From Akkermansiaceae bacterium (lineage in GTDB: Bacteria > Gemmatimonadota > Gemmatimonadetes > Palauibacterales > Palauibacteraceae), in assembly GCA_964195715.1 (NCBI GenBank), contig CAXMRU010000183.1:12509-76508 (forward strand): 64,000 nt of DNA, in the 5' to 3' direction. The position numbers and the translations under genes were made by a program. This document shows, piece by piece, positions 1 through 10,061 of the stretch. Position 1 is the stretch's first letter. Each line of letters begins with the position of its first letter. Below the pieces are notes generated by a model. It was not told the origin of the DNA. It did not search any database and saw only the letters and a list, made by a program, of their open reading frames with translations.

Positions 1-985
1 CGTAGTACAGATCCGCGGCCATCGCTCTCCAGTATCGTGCATCCTCGGCCGAACGGGCCGACCCCGCGAGTGACCCGGCTCCCCACGCTGCGCCAGCCAG
101 ATCTCCAGACTCCCGAGCCCGCGTAACGTAGTCCCTGAGAACCTCGGCTCTGCTCAGCTCCGGAAGATCAGCCATCACGGCCTCCACGAGATCCCGAGCC
201 CACGCCCGCTCGCCGAGCAGCAACGCGAGATGCAACGCTCCTCTGCGCTCAAGAATTGTGATGTCCGCCGTCCCCAGCTCCTCTTTGAGCGCGTCCACAG
301 CATCGTCCCGCCGGGTCGCTGGATCGCCGATACGCCTCTCCACCGCTTCGACTCCCACCTCACCCCATGTCAGCATCGCTCGCCACTCGACAGCCGCTGA
401 CCCGTAGGATCTCAAGCCGGCCTTCAGCTCCGCGAGCTCCTGGATGAACAGTCGATTTGATCCGATCGCGGACCGTCCTCCCTCCAGGACTTGAATCGCG
501 ACCGCGCGCTCTCCAGCTCTAGCCCACAGACCCGACAGCTCTACGTAGGCCGCCTGCTCCATCGGCTCCTCGCGCACCCAGCGTCCCGCGACACTCAACG
601 CGCTGTCCTGCAAACCGGCGCCTGAGAGGGCACGTATCCACACGTGGCGCACGGCGGGAAGACCTGAGTCATCGAGACGCACAGCTTCCTCCGCCCACGG
701 AAGCACCCGCTCCGGCTCGCCCGCCCTCTCAGACATCTGCGCGAGCATGAGGAGGGCTGAAACTGACACGGGCTGATCCTGCAACAGGTTCTCCAGTGCT
801 CTCTGCGCCTCTTCCCCACGACCCGCCCGCTCGAGTCTCTCGGCCTGCTCCAGCACGCGGTTCTCGCGGACCGCGCCAGACCCGGAGTCCTGACCTGAAG
901 CAGAACCGACCTGACACCCCAGTAAGGCCAGACATGCCAGGACCGGCCGGGTGAACCGCCGACCTCGTGCCCTCGCCCCGCTCAC
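1..985 (-). CDS. TPR-repeat putative lipoprotein (partial; C-terminus beyond window start)
   Basis: Manual translation of the minus frame from a GTG at ~983-985 runs open to position 1 with no stop. It is missing from the ORF track because it never terminates inside the window. The N-terminus RRFTRPVLACLALLGCQVGS looks like a lipoprotein signal with lipobox LLGC. The rest is helical, A/L/E/R-rich and TPR-like. The GTG lies 1 nt after the stop of the upstream 1120-aa gene. Confidence 0.45.
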   Translation of the reverse strand, partial: MSGARARGRRFTRPVLACLALLGCQVGSASGQDSGSGAVRENRVLEQAERLERAGRGEEAQRALENLLQDQPVSVSALLMLAQMSERAGEPERVLPWAEEAVRLDDSGLPAVRHVWIRALSGAGLQDSALSVAGRWVREEPMEQAAYVELSGLWARAGERAVAIQVLEGGRSAIGSNRLFIQELAELKAGLRSYGSAAVEWRAMLTWGEVGVEAVERRIGDPATRRDDAVDALKEELGTADITILERRGALHLALLLGERAWARDLVEAVMADLPELSRAEVLRDYVTRARESGDLAGAAWGAGSLAGSARSAEDARYWRAMAADLYY

Positions 986-3900
986 TGAGTCCCGCCTGCC
1001 TGGACTGCGTTAAGGCGGTCGAAGTACTCGTACACGAGACGCCGCTGCGCAGATGTCAGCTCATGCATCCGGCTCTCATCCGGATACGGGAACCGCGGGC
1101 CGGCCTCGACACCGGTGGCATCCTCCGGAACGAGGATGATCCCCGCCCGTGCCGTGGTCGATTCCCTTCTTCTCGGATCCTCATCATTCTGTTCCAGAGA
1201 CCGCCCCGCATCGAGCAGCCGTCGGAACAGCCGTTCCTGGCGTGCCAGGGTCTCCCGGTCCAGCGCTCCGTCCGCCAACCGGCGGGCGATCTGTTCGGCC
1301 TCGGCGGCCAGGTCGCCTGGCCGCCCCCCCAACTCGCCGGCGGCGCGCTCCACGGCCAGTTCCGCCAGGCCCCTGGCAATCTCCTCCTGCCGGCCCGCCA
1401 GCTCGCCGAGGCGATCATCGAGCTCCTGTCCTCCACGACTGAGCAGGAAGAGCTCTCCAGCATCAGCATTGATGCCGGCCTGGCGCTGTCCCATGCGCGC
1501 CAGCCTCTCGAGAGCCTCCTCCATGCCGGTCGCCGAGTTGGCTTCAGCCATCGCCTGCCGACTCGCCACGAGGGAGCCCGCAAGATCGGCCAACGCCTGG
1601 ACGACTGCTTCCCCCTCACGAACCGCCTCCGCCCGGCGCACCGCCCCTCCCGCCAGGCTCTGCCCGAGGGCAACCATCTCCTCACCGGCCTCGGCCACGG
1701 CTGTGCCGGAGCGTCGATCGAGCAGGGCTGTCTTCCTACCTGCCTCCGCGAGAGCCTGGGACAGATTGTCGAGGCCCTCCCTGAGCGCGGCCTGACTGCC
1801 GGAAAGGCCTTCCGGCGGAGTCCCGGCGCGTAGCTGTTCGACGATCCGCTGCTGCTCCTTCGCCAGCTCAAGCGCCTCGGTCGCGGCTAGGTCGACCGCC
1901 TCCAGCGCCTCCTCTCGCCAATCGTTCGACAGCGCCTCCGATGCTGCCGTGAGCTCTTTCTCTGCCCGCTTCAGCTGCTCGGCGGCAGCAGCAGCCCAAG
2001 CTGATCTGCGCCGTGAAACGGCCTCACGTCCAGGATCTCTTTCGAACTCCTGAACGGCGGACCGTATGTCGTTTCCCGCGGATCGCATGTCCGACGCCGC
2101 CCTACGACTCTTCTCGGCTGACTCTCCGGCTTGCTGCGTCTCGAGCCGATCTGAAAGGCTTTCCACTTCGCGAGCCAGGTCGTCCACGACGCTCGCCAGG
2201 TCACGCTCCACGGACGCCCATTCGTCGTCAGACCCCATGCTCCGGGCCGCACGCTCCTGGCGTTCCGCCAGCGCACGGGCCTTCTCTACGGCTCCCCTCA
2301 AGGACTGCTCAAGCGCCACTCGCTCCATCAGCCCCAGGGCCCGGTAGAGCCGCTCCTCCAGCGTAGCAGAATCTCCCGCGAGGTCCGACAGCGCACTTCG
2401 CATCTGCTCACGGTCGAGGCCCCGCATGGCATCCTCCAGCGCTTCTATCCGGTCGCCCAGGTCCGACTCAAGGATCTCCCGATACAGCTCCTCGAGTTGT
2501 TCAAGGCCGGCACGCAGATCCGGGGCGGTGAGCGGCGCGGACGCCACGCCTCTGCGCATGTCGGCCAGCTCTTCTCGCATGCGTTCGAGCGCTGACTCGA
2601 CATCGCGAGCCTCGCTCAATAAATCGCGAGCCTCTTCTGTCCCCGCGAAATCGGCCCGATTCGGGCGGATGTCCCGCCCATCAGGTTCCTCACTTCCGCT
2701 CGCAGCTCTTCGCGACGCGTCTCTTGCGTCATCCGCCAGCTGCCCGGCCATCTCATCCAGGGATCGCGCCGCCTCCGCGAGGGTCTCCAGCCTCCGGGCC
2801 GCCTCCCTACGCATGTCCTCGAGACTGGAGAGTCGGACTCTGAAGGTGTCCGACGCTACCGGACGTGTAGAAGGATTCGCGTCGGTCGCGGTGGCGTAGT
2901 AGACCACCTCGTCACCGGGGAAGAACCCCTGGCCGTCAAGATCGATAGTCGGACGCAGAACGAGCCGCCGAGCGGCATCACCTTCCGCGAGGGCAATGCG
3001 AGACTCCGGGTCTCGCAGACCCATTGCCGACTCGCGCCACCACACGAGATTCACACGCGTGATTCCGTTGTCGTCCCGCGCCTCGATGACCAGTGCCAGG
3101 GACCGGTCGATCCCTAGCATACGATCCTCGCCGGGATAGACGATCGCGATCGACGGAGCCGCGTCCTGAATAACAGACAGGTCTATGGCCGGCGGTAACT
3201 TGACGCCCGGAACCTCTCCCGCGGGCTGCAACCACCAGGCGAGCCGCGCGTCGCCGCTTGCCCTGATCACGCCCCGGGCCACGTCACCTGTCACATCCAG
3301 CACGACCGTATCCATTCCCATCGCCGTGAATCGCTGCAAACCCACTCCTCCAACCGGGTGGTTCATGCGCGCGCGAATATCCATGACGGTACCCACGGTG
3401 ACGGTGAGCGCCCTGATCGGGCCACCGATCGTTTCGGCGGGGCGGCGTAGATACGACGGGTAGGTCAGGCCAACCTGCAGGTCCGTGATCGTGAGAGGAT
3501 CCACCGGAACCACGAGAAACGTGTCCGTCGCTGCTCCTCGATCGTCGTCGGCCCAGTAACGAGTGGGATCGTCCACCGGTCCTATCACGCCGACGGCCAC
3601 TTCCCTCGCGACAGCTAGCTCTTCCCGCACCGCAGGAGCCCCGGAACCAGCCTGGCCGAGAGTAATCCGACGCCTACCCGAAGCCATCACGCGAACCGGA
3701 AAATTCTCGCCCCTGAGTACGTGCCCCCCGGCTGGCTCGAGGCGCAGAGGTGGTGGCGGTGGCGGGAAGGAAACCATCCACGGACGCATCAGGACCGTGG
3801 CTGTATCCGTCCCGGCGGACGGCCCCGCGGCAGAGCCCAAGGTCAGCGCGCCAACCGCGGCGGCCAGACCCGGAAGAACGACGCTTCGTACACGGCGAAG

Positions 3901-4344
3901 AGCCTCGAACGATTCGGGCATGAGCACCCGCGGGCCCTTCCCGCTTAGAGCGTCTGCCACGCGGCGCCTGTGGAGACGCGCCAGGTCCGGAGAATCGAGG
4001 TTTGCCTCAGCACCCAGTTCCAGTGCCCCGACGAGCTCGCCTCGTGCAAGCCCCGTGGCCCTCTCCGCCTGCTCCGCCATTGCGTGCAGACGATGCATGC
4101 TGACGGATCTGCCCGCGATGAAACCTGCCAGACCTGCGGCCGCCATCGACGCCGCGGCGAACAGCATGGGAAGTGGAGAACCGGCCTCCTGGAGCCAGGC
4201 ATAGGGCAACCACGCGGCTACGGCGAGCAGCGCCACCAGGGCGAGGCCTCCGATGGCCCCTCTCCACAGCACGATGTGCCGGCCCGTGGTCCGGACGATG
4301 GCCTCGATCCGAGCAAGCTCGAGGCTTGCCTCTCTCGGCGTCAC
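982..4344 (-). CDS. Large membrane-anchored coiled-coil protein (DUF4175-like, hypothetical)
   Basis: 1120-aa ORF with an N-terminal hydrophobic segment (LALVALLAVAAWLPYAWL...AAASMAAAGLAGFIAG) and a PPPPPP stretch. It has a roughly 600-aa A/E/R/L-rich predicted coiled-coil region and a conserved-looking C-terminus (LTSAQRRLVYEYFDRLN). The GTG start overlaps the rsmI stop (GTGA at 4341-4344). Confidence 0.6.
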   Translation of the reverse strand: MTPREASLELARIEAIVRTTGRHIVLWRGAIGGLALVALLAVAAWLPYAWLQEAGSPLPMLFAAASMAAAGLAGFIAGRSVSMHRLHAMAEQAERATGLARGELVGALELGAEANLDSPDLARLHRRRVADALSGKGPRVLMPESFEALRRVRSVVLPGLAAAVGALTLGSAAGPSAGTDTATVLMRPWMVSFPPPPPPLRLEPAGGHVLRGENFPVRVMASGRRRITLGQAGSGAPAVREELAVAREVAVGVIGPVDDPTRYWADDDRGAATDTFLVVPVDPLTITDLQVGLTYPSYLRRPAETIGGPIRALTVTVGTVMDIRARMNHPVGGVGLQRFTAMGMDTVVLDVTGDVARGVIRASGDARLAWWLQPAGEVPGVKLPPAIDLSVIQDAAPSIAIVYPGEDRMLGIDRSLALVIEARDDNGITRVNLVWWRESAMGLRDPESRIALAEGDAARRLVLRPTIDLDGQGFFPGDEVVYYATATDANPSTRPVASDTFRVRLSSLEDMRREAARRLETLAEAARSLDEMAGQLADDARDASRRAASGSEEPDGRDIRPNRADFAGTEEARDLLSEARDVESALERMREELADMRRGVASAPLTAPDLRAGLEQLEELYREILESDLGDRIEALEDAMRGLDREQMRSALSDLAGDSATLEERLYRALGLMERVALEQSLRGAVEKARALAERQERAARSMGSDDEWASVERDLASVVDDLAREVESLSDRLETQQAGESAEKSRRAASDMRSAGNDIRSAVQEFERDPGREAVSRRRSAWAAAAAEQLKRAEKELTAASEALSNDWREEALEAVDLAATEALELAKEQQRIVEQLRAGTPPEGLSGSQAALREGLDNLSQALAEAGRKTALLDRRSGTAVAEAGEEMVALGQSLAGGAVRRAEAVREGEAVVQALADLAGSLVASRQAMAEANSATGMEEALERLARMGQRQAGINADAGELFLLSRGGQELDDRLGELAGRQEEIARGLAELAVERAAGELGGRPGDLAAEAEQIARRLADGALDRETLARQERLFRRLLDAGRSLEQNDEDPRRRESTTARAGIILVPEDATGVEAGPRFPYPDESRMHELTSAQRRLVYEYFDRLNAVQAGGTQ

Positions 4345-5189
4345 TTCCGTGCCGCCGCCCTGAGAGCCAGCTCGTAGGCCCGGTTTCGCGTCATCCCGAA
4401 CTCTCCCCTCAAACGACGCGCGATCTCTTGCGTCGTTCGTCCCTCTCCCGCCAGCTGCTCCGCAATGATCGCCGCCTGTTCTTCGTCCACGCTCTCCCGA
4501 GCCGGATTGCCGGTCTTACCCTCGAGAACGACCGTCACTTCTCCTCGAACGCTCTCACCCGAGTAGTATTCCACGTGGCCCGCCACCGTTCCGTGGCGAA
4601 CCTCCTCGTGCAGCTTGGTCAACTCGCGGCATACGACACAGCGACGGTCGCTCGATCCGCGCTCGGACCACTCCCGGAGGAGGTCCACCAAACGCCCGGG
4701 AGCCTCGAATAGGACCACGGTGTCCGGTGAGTCCAACACCTGGGACATCCACTCGTCCCTCGCCCGCCCCTTTCGCGGCGCGAAACCGAGAAACAGGAAC
4801 CGGCCGGCCTGCATGCCGGAGGCTGCGAGCGCCGCCGTCACTGCGGAAGGTCCGGGAATGGGCTCAATGCGGAACCCTGCCTCTGCCACTGCCGCGACCA
4901 CCCGCGCCCCGGGGTCCGACACCGTTGGCGTTCCCGCATCGGTTATTAGGGCGCAGTCTTCGCCAGCCGCCAGCCGACCGAGGACCTCCTTCACTCGGCT
5001 CGCTTCGTTGTGCTCGTGCAGGGAACGCAGCGGTGTTCTGAATCCGAAATGGCGAAGCAGAGTCCCGCTGTGCCGAGTGTCCTCCGCATACAGCACCGAC
5101 ACGCCCTCCAGAGTACTCAGGGCGCGTGCGGACAGATCGGACAGATTGCCGATCGGAGTACTGACCAGATAGAGAGTTCCTTGCGTCAT
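4341..5189 (-). CDS. rsmI: 16S rRNA (cytidine1402-2'-O)-methyltransferase RsmI
   Basis: N-terminal TLYLVSTPIGNLSDLS motif and overall tetrapyrrole-methylase-like fold signature typical of RsmI; 282 aa. Confidence 0.85.
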   Translation of the reverse strand: MTQGTLYLVSTPIGNLSDLSARALSTLEGVSVLYAEDTRHSGTLLRHFGFRTPLRSLHEHNEASRVKEVLGRLAAGEDCALITDAGTPTVSDPGARVVAAVAEAGFRIEPIPGPSAVTAALAASGMQAGRFLFLGFAPRKGRARDEWMSQVLDSPDTVVLFEAPGRLVDLLREWSERGSSDRRCVVCRELTKLHEEVRHGTVAGHVEYYSGESVRGEVTVVLEGKTGNPARESVDEEQAAIIAEQLAGEGRTTQEIARRLRGEFGMTRNRAYELALRAAARK

Positions 5190-5199
5190 CCTGAACGAG

Positions 5200-5232
5200 C
5201 GCCCTCCGCCCGTATGACGGGGGAGGGCGCCT
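5200..5232 (-). terminator. GC-rich hairpin between trxA and rsmI (putative terminator/attenuator; no clear U-tract)
   Basis: Perfect 9-bp inverted repeat gcgccctcc...ggagggcgc enclosing a second cccg...cggg stem, directly downstream of the trxA stop. Confidence 0.3.
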
Positions 5233-5261
5233 CTCCTACAGTGGCTGCGAGCGAGTATTGA

Positions 5262-5591
5262 TCAGACGTACTGCTGGATCTTCTGTTCCAGGTGTGACTT
5301 CGGCACCGCTCCAACGACCACGTCCACGAGCTCGCCGTCCTTGAAGTACAGGATGCTGGGGATCGAGCGAATCCCATAGCGCTGAGAAATGACGCGGTTG
5401 GAGTCGACGTCGAGCTTTCCGACCTTAACCTGCCCCACGTACTCGTTCGCCAGCTCGGCGACGACCGGGCCCACGAGACGGCACGGCCCGCACCACTCGG
5501 CCCAGAAGTCCACGATCGCGAGCCCCTCGCTCGACTCGATTTCCTCTCCGAAATTGTCGTCAGTCAGGGTGATGAGTTCTACAGTTGACAC
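5262..5591 (-). CDS. trxA: Thioredoxin
   Basis: WCGPC active site and full-length similarity to TrxA. The real start is probably the GTG at ~5591 (110 aa), preceded by GAGGAAG; the track ORF extends to 5711. Confidence 0.85.
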   Translation of the reverse strand: MSTVELITLTDDNFGEEIESSEGLAIVDFWAEWCGPCRLVGPVVAELANEYVGQVKVGKLDVDSNRVISQRYGIRSIPSILYFKDGELVDVVVGAVPKSHLEQKIQQYV

Positions 5592-5703
5592 GATGCTTCC
5601 TCGTTCCAGGTGGTAAAGCACTTGCTTCGAGTCTAGTTTCCGGTCCCGACGCCCTGTCAGACACGCCCGCAGGGCATCAATAAAACGCCATACGGGAACC
5701 GGA

Positions 5704-6105
5704 ATGGTCAAGATCGATCACGTCGGAATCGCCGTCAATGCCCTGGCTTCCTCCGTTCCGGCCTTCGAGGCCGTGTTGGGTGAAAACCCGGCAGGCCGAG
5801 AAACGGTTCCATCTGAAGACGTGACGGTCGTCTTCTTCGGGCGCGGAATCGGCCGCATCGAACTCCTCGAGCCGCTGAGCGCCGAGTCGCCAATCGCCCG
5901 GTTCATCGAGCGCCGGGGCCCTGGCCTCCATCATATCTGCTTCAGAGTCCCCGACATCGGCGAAGCACTCCGTCGCCTGGAGGAATCCGGGGTTGTTCCG
6001 ATCCCACCCGGGATTCGCGACGGGGCCGAAGGTCGCCGTGTGGCGTTTCTCCACCCGAGAGACTGCGGCGGAGTGCTCGTGGAGCTTGCCGAAGGCTCCG
6101 ACTGA
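5704..6105 (+). CDS. Methylmalonyl-CoA epimerase / VOC (glyoxalase) family protein
   Basis: MVKIDHVGIAV N-terminus and HHICFRV plus LHPRDCGGVLVEL motifs typical of methylmalonyl-CoA epimerase; 133 aa. Confidence 0.7.
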   Translation: MVKIDHVGIAVNALASSVPAFEAVLGENPAGRETVPSEDVTVVFFGRGIGRIELLEPLSAESPIARFIERRGPGLHHICFRVPDIGEALRRLEESGVVPIPPGIRDGAEGRRVAFLHPRDCGGVLVELAEGSD

Positions 6106-6141
6106 GCCTGGCTCGACTTCGGGGCCCGGGCCACGGCAGGC

Positions 6142-6630
6142 CTACGGAACCATCGAAGCCGTGAGCGCATCCAGGTTCAGTATCTCGACGTACCACCGAC
6201 CCGCGCGATCCGGTACTGTGACCATCGGAACGACGACGGAGCCCTTTCTCGTTCCCGTCATGCGGACCTCCCAGCGGATCCTGTTCGGCCCGAGTTGCGC
6301 CAGGTTCGCCTGCTGCAAATCGTAACTCTCGTGCTTCAGGAAGCCTGCCAGGAAGATCATCCGCTGCTCGATGTCCGTGACGCCGAACTGGTCCACGGCG
6401 GGTCCCTTGTCTGTCCCGAATAGGTCTGACATCTGCTGGTAGTTGTCCGCGTTGGCGCCGTCCAGGAATCCGCGCACCGCCATCTCCGATGTCGACGCAC
6501 CGTGGTCGGCTCCTCCCTGCGTCGATGTCCGGGTCGAGCAACCCGATACTGTCGCCGCCACCATCGCCGCCACCATCGCGGCCACCAGAATGGCCATCCC
6601 GTACCGTCTCTCCACTATCTGTGTGCGCAT
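6142..6630 (-). CDS. Hypothetical lipoprotein
   Basis: Probable start MRTQIVERRYGMAILVAAMVAAMVAATVSGC, with signal peptide and lipobox VSGC. Contains a tandem AAMVAAMVAA repeat. The track ORF extends upstream into the clpB 3' end, which is unlikely to be real. Confidence 0.5.
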   Translation of the reverse strand: MRTQIVERRYGMAILVAAMVAAMVAATVSGCSTRTSTQGGADHGASTSEMAVRGFLDGANADNYQQMSDLFGTDKGPAVDQFGVTDIEQRMIFLAGFLKHESYDLQQANLAQLGPNRIRWEVRMTGTRKGSVVVPMVTVPDRAGRWYVEILNLDALTASMVP

Positions 6631-6730
6631 CAACCCGGATCTCCCTCTCCGTTGGACATACACTCGCTGGTCGTAATCTGAACTCCGTGGGGAGGGCGTC
6701 AAGATACCAACCTCCTGTTGAAACGCACGG

Positions 6731-9334
6731 TCAGCTGCGCCCCGCCGAATCCAGGCGCTGGAAGCTGAGCACTTCCCCCTCGCCAGCATCGACCTCGATC
6801 TCGTCTCCATCCTGAAACCGACCGTCCAGAAAGGCCATCGCCAGAGGATCCGCAACCAGGCGCTGAATCGCCCGCTTGATGGGACGCGCGCCGAACGCAG
6901 GATCGTAACCGGCCTCCGCGATCTGCCGTCGAGCAGCCGGGGTGATCCGGAGATTCACATCACGCTCTTGCGTCAGAACAGCCAGACGATCGAGCTGCAT
7001 GCCCACCACACGCTGGAGCTCCTCGCGCCCAAGAGGCTTGAACACCAGAGTCTCGTCGACCCGGTTGAGGAACTCGGGCCGGAACTCCTGCCTCAGAGCC
7101 TCCTTGACTTTCGGCTCGACCTCTGCCCAGTCATCACCGGAGTGCTCGAGGATCCAGGGGCTGCCTATGTTGCTCGTCATGATCAGCACGGCGTTCCGGA
7201 AATTCACGGTACGCCCCTGTCCATCCGTGAGCCGGCCGTCGTCGAGGATCTGCAGCAGGACATTGAACACGTCCCCGTGCGCCTTCTCGATCTCATCGAA
7301 CAGCACCACGCTGTAGGGTCTGCGCCGAACAGCCTCCGTGAGCTGCCCACCCTCTTCGTAACCAACGTAGCCCGGCGGCGCCCCGATCAGTCTCGAAACC
7401 GCGTGCCGCTCCATGTACTCCGACATGTCCAGGCGGATCATGGCGTGCTCGTCGTCGAACAGGAACTCTGCCAGCGCACGGGCGGCCTCCGTCTTCCCTA
7501 CGCCCGTGGGTCCAAGAAAGATGAAGCTTCCGACGGGACGATCCGGGTCCTGCAAGCCCGCCCGACTCCGGCGCACGGCGTTGGCGACCGCCGTAATCGC
7601 CTCGCTCTGGTTGACCACGCGCTCATGCAGATGATCCTCCAGATGTGTGAGGCGATCCTGCTCGGCCTCCAGCATCCGCGAGACGGGTATCCCGGTCCAC
7701 GACGCGACCACTTCCGCGATGTCCTCCGGCCCCACGACCTCCTTGAGAAAGCTGCCCTCCTCCTGCATCGTGGTGAGTTCCGCATCGGCCGTAGCCAGTT
7801 CCCCCTTCAGACGAGGAACATCGCCGTAGGAGATCTCGGCCGCGCGCTGCAGGTCGCCGGCACGCGTGGCTTGCTCGGCCGACACGGAGGCTTCTTCCAG
7901 TTGCTTCTTGATATCCCGTACCTTCTCAATAGCCTCCTTTTCGAGGATCCACCGCGCCTTGACGCCGGCCAACTTCTCACGGATCTCGGCCAGTTCAATC
8001 TCCAGGTCCTGCAGGCGTTCCACACTGCGCGTATCCTGTTCCTCGCGCAGAGCCTCCCGCTCGATCTCGAGCTGCGTGGCCCGCCGCTCCAGTACGTCGA
8101 TTTCCTCGGGCATCGAGTCGATCTCGATGCGCAGTCGAGACGCGGCTTCGTCCATCAGGTCGATCGCCTTGTCCGGGAGGAACCGTTCCCCGATGTAGCG
8201 ATCCGACAGCCTCGCGGCAGCAACCAGAGCGGGATCGTTGATCCGAACTCCGTGGTGCACCTCGTACTTTTCCTTCAGCCCCCGAAGGATTCCAATCGTC
8301 TCGGCAAGGGCCGGCTCCTCCACGAGAACCGGCTGGAACCGGCGCTCCAGGGCCGCGTCCTTCTCGATGTGCTTCCGGTATTCGTCAAGTGTCGTCGCTC
8401 CAATCATTCGCAGCTCACCACGCGCCAGCGGGGGTTTCAGCATATTCCCCGCATCCACGGCTCCCTCCGCGGCCCCTGCGCCCACGATCGTGTGGAGCTC
8501 GTCGAGGAAGAGGATGTACCTCCCTTTCGCCTCAGTGATCTCCTTCAAAACGGATTTCAGACGCTCTTCGAATTCGCCACGGTACTTGGCCCCGGCTAGC
8601 ATGGCGGCGACGTCCAATTCGATCAGCCGCTTGTCTCGCAGACTCTCAGGCACATCCCCCGCAACGATCCGCTGCGCCAACCCTTCGGCGATAGCCGTCT
8701 TTCCAACGCCTGGCTCTCCGATCAGCACGGGATTGTTCTTCTTCCTGCGCGACAGAACCTGCATGACCCTGCGGATCTCCGTGTCGCGGCCGATCACGGG
8801 ATCCAATTCCCCGGCCCGAGCACGATCCGTGAGATCCACGCCGAAGCGTTCGAGCGCCTGGTACTTGCCCTCCGCCTCCTGGTCTGTAACCCGGTGCGGT
8901 CCGCGAATCGTTGACAGCGCTTCGCGCAGTGCTGCCTGCGTCGCCCCTGCCTCTCCCAGGATCTCCCATGTGCTGCTGGCCCGCTTGCCTGCCAGCGCGA
9001 TCAGGAGGTGTTCGGTTGAGACATACAGATCGTCCATCCCACGAGCCTCGGCGTCCGCTTCGTCAAGAACGCGGCTGAGCTCTCGGCTCGCCGCCGGAGC
9101 CGCATCCGTCTGCCGAGGCAAACGCTCGAGGCGATCGGTTACGGCGGTGTAGATACGGGCCGGCTCCACCCCGACTTTGCGGAGGACGGGATCGACGATG
9201 CCATCTTCCTCATCGAGCAGGGCCGAGAGAAGGTGAAGGTCCTCCACGGCAGGGTTTCCGTCTCGCCGTGCCCGCTCGGCCGCTCCCTGCAAGGCACTCC
9301 CCGCTCGTACCGTCAGTCTATCCGCTGGTATCAT
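6731..9334 (-). CDS. clpB: ATP-dependent chaperone ClpB
   Basis: 867 aa with two AAA+ modules: Walker A GEPGVGKT and GPTGVGKT. Clp N-domain and middle coiled-coil region characteristic of ClpB/Hsp104. Confidence 0.95.
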   Translation of the reverse strand: MIPADRLTVRAGSALQGAAERARRDGNPAVEDLHLLSALLDEEDGIVDPVLRKVGVEPARIYTAVTDRLERLPRQTDAAPAASRELSRVLDEADAEARGMDDLYVSTEHLLIALAGKRASSTWEILGEAGATQAALREALSTIRGPHRVTDQEAEGKYQALERFGVDLTDRARAGELDPVIGRDTEIRRVMQVLSRRKKNNPVLIGEPGVGKTAIAEGLAQRIVAGDVPESLRDKRLIELDVAAMLAGAKYRGEFEERLKSVLKEITEAKGRYILFLDELHTIVGAGAAEGAVDAGNMLKPPLARGELRMIGATTLDEYRKHIEKDAALERRFQPVLVEEPALAETIGILRGLKEKYEVHHGVRINDPALVAAARLSDRYIGERFLPDKAIDLMDEAASRLRIEIDSMPEEIDVLERRATQLEIEREALREEQDTRSVERLQDLEIELAEIREKLAGVKARWILEKEAIEKVRDIKKQLEEASVSAEQATRAGDLQRAAEISYGDVPRLKGELATADAELTTMQEEGSFLKEVVGPEDIAEVVASWTGIPVSRMLEAEQDRLTHLEDHLHERVVNQSEAITAVANAVRRSRAGLQDPDRPVGSFIFLGPTGVGKTEAARALAEFLFDDEHAMIRLDMSEYMERHAVSRLIGAPPGYVGYEEGGQLTEAVRRRPYSVVLFDEIEKAHGDVFNVLLQILDDGRLTDGQGRTVNFRNAVLIMTSNIGSPWILEHSGDDWAEVEPKVKEALRQEFRPEFLNRVDETLVFKPLGREELQRVVGMQLDRLAVLTQERDVNLRITPAARRQIAEAGYDPAFGARPIKRAIQRLVADPLAMAFLDGRFQDGDEIEVDAGEGEVLSFQRLDSAGRS

Positions 9335-9407
9335 TTATGTCCGCTCCATGCCCGGTTGTCGTGTCGTCCGTCCGGACGCACCTCCGGACAACGGCTGCGC
9401 CGGTCCG

Positions 9408-9914
9408 TCAATCTGAGTCCGTTTCGACTTCGATGGTACGTCCCTCGGCGTCCACCCGTCGCGGAAGGATGATTCGGAGCACCCCCGCAACGAGACGCGC
9501 CCGAATCCCTTCCCCGTTCACATCCGCCGGGAGTCTCACGATCCGGCGGAAGCTGCCGTACGAGCGCTCGCTCCGCCTGACTCGGGCCCCCTCCGGATAC
9601 TCGGGTCGGCGGCGATGGCCGCTGACGGTCAACTCGTCACCGAGCGCCGACACCTGGAGGTCGTCACTGTCGACCCCGGGGAGATCCATCCACACGATGT
9701 AGCTGTCGTCTGTAGCCGCCATTTCCATGCGCGGGTAGCGGACGTAAGCCGTGGGCGAGAGCCCCCTGAAGCCATCTACCAGGTCCTCGACCAACTCCTG
9801 CAGGTCACCGAACGGAGAAGACCAGCCCTGAGACGTCTCCTCTCCGTCGTCCACATCGGCCTCCTGCACGCTCTCCTCCTCGACTCTCGGCTCATCATTG
9901 GCGTCCATGATCAA
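9408..9914 (-). CDS. Hsp20/alpha-crystallin family small heat-shock protein
   Basis: 168 aa alpha-crystallin domain (YIVWMDLPGV...LTVSG...FRRIVRLP). Lies immediately upstream of and co-directional with clpB. Confidence 0.85.
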   Translation of the reverse strand: MIMDANDEPRVEEESVQEADVDDGEETSQGWSSPFGDLQELVEDLVDGFRGLSPTAYVRYPRMEMAATDDSYIVWMDLPGVDSDDLQVSALGDELTVSGHRRRPEYPEGARVRRSERSYGSFRRIVRLPADVNGEGIRARLVAGVLRIILPRRVDAEGRTIEVETDSD

Positions 9915-10061
9915 AACCCTCCCCGGATGCGGTTTCCTTACACTCTAGCAAGCATGGGTGGCAAGACACGTGCCCCAGGAAAGCCCGTTTTCGGGGAACG
10001 CAACCGCCACGGCGGCGCTAACATCCGCCGCTCCGGCGCGCCCCTGCCTATCCGGCAGATG

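Noticed and set aside
967-1833. 288-aa + strand ORF, plus overlapping 226-aa and 271-aa ORFs
   Set aside because: They overlap the 3' part of the 1120-aa minus-strand gene. The Arg/Pro/Ala-rich composition is a high-GC artefact.
6968-8599. 543-aa + strand ORF
   Set aside because: Entirely antisense to the strongly supported clpB. Low-complexity R/P/L-rich translation typical of GC-rich antisense frames.
9915-10061. CIRCE or other known heat-shock operator upstream of hsp20
   Set aside because: No TTAGCACTC-N9-GAGTGCTAA-like inverted repeat is present. Only weak partial similarities were seen.
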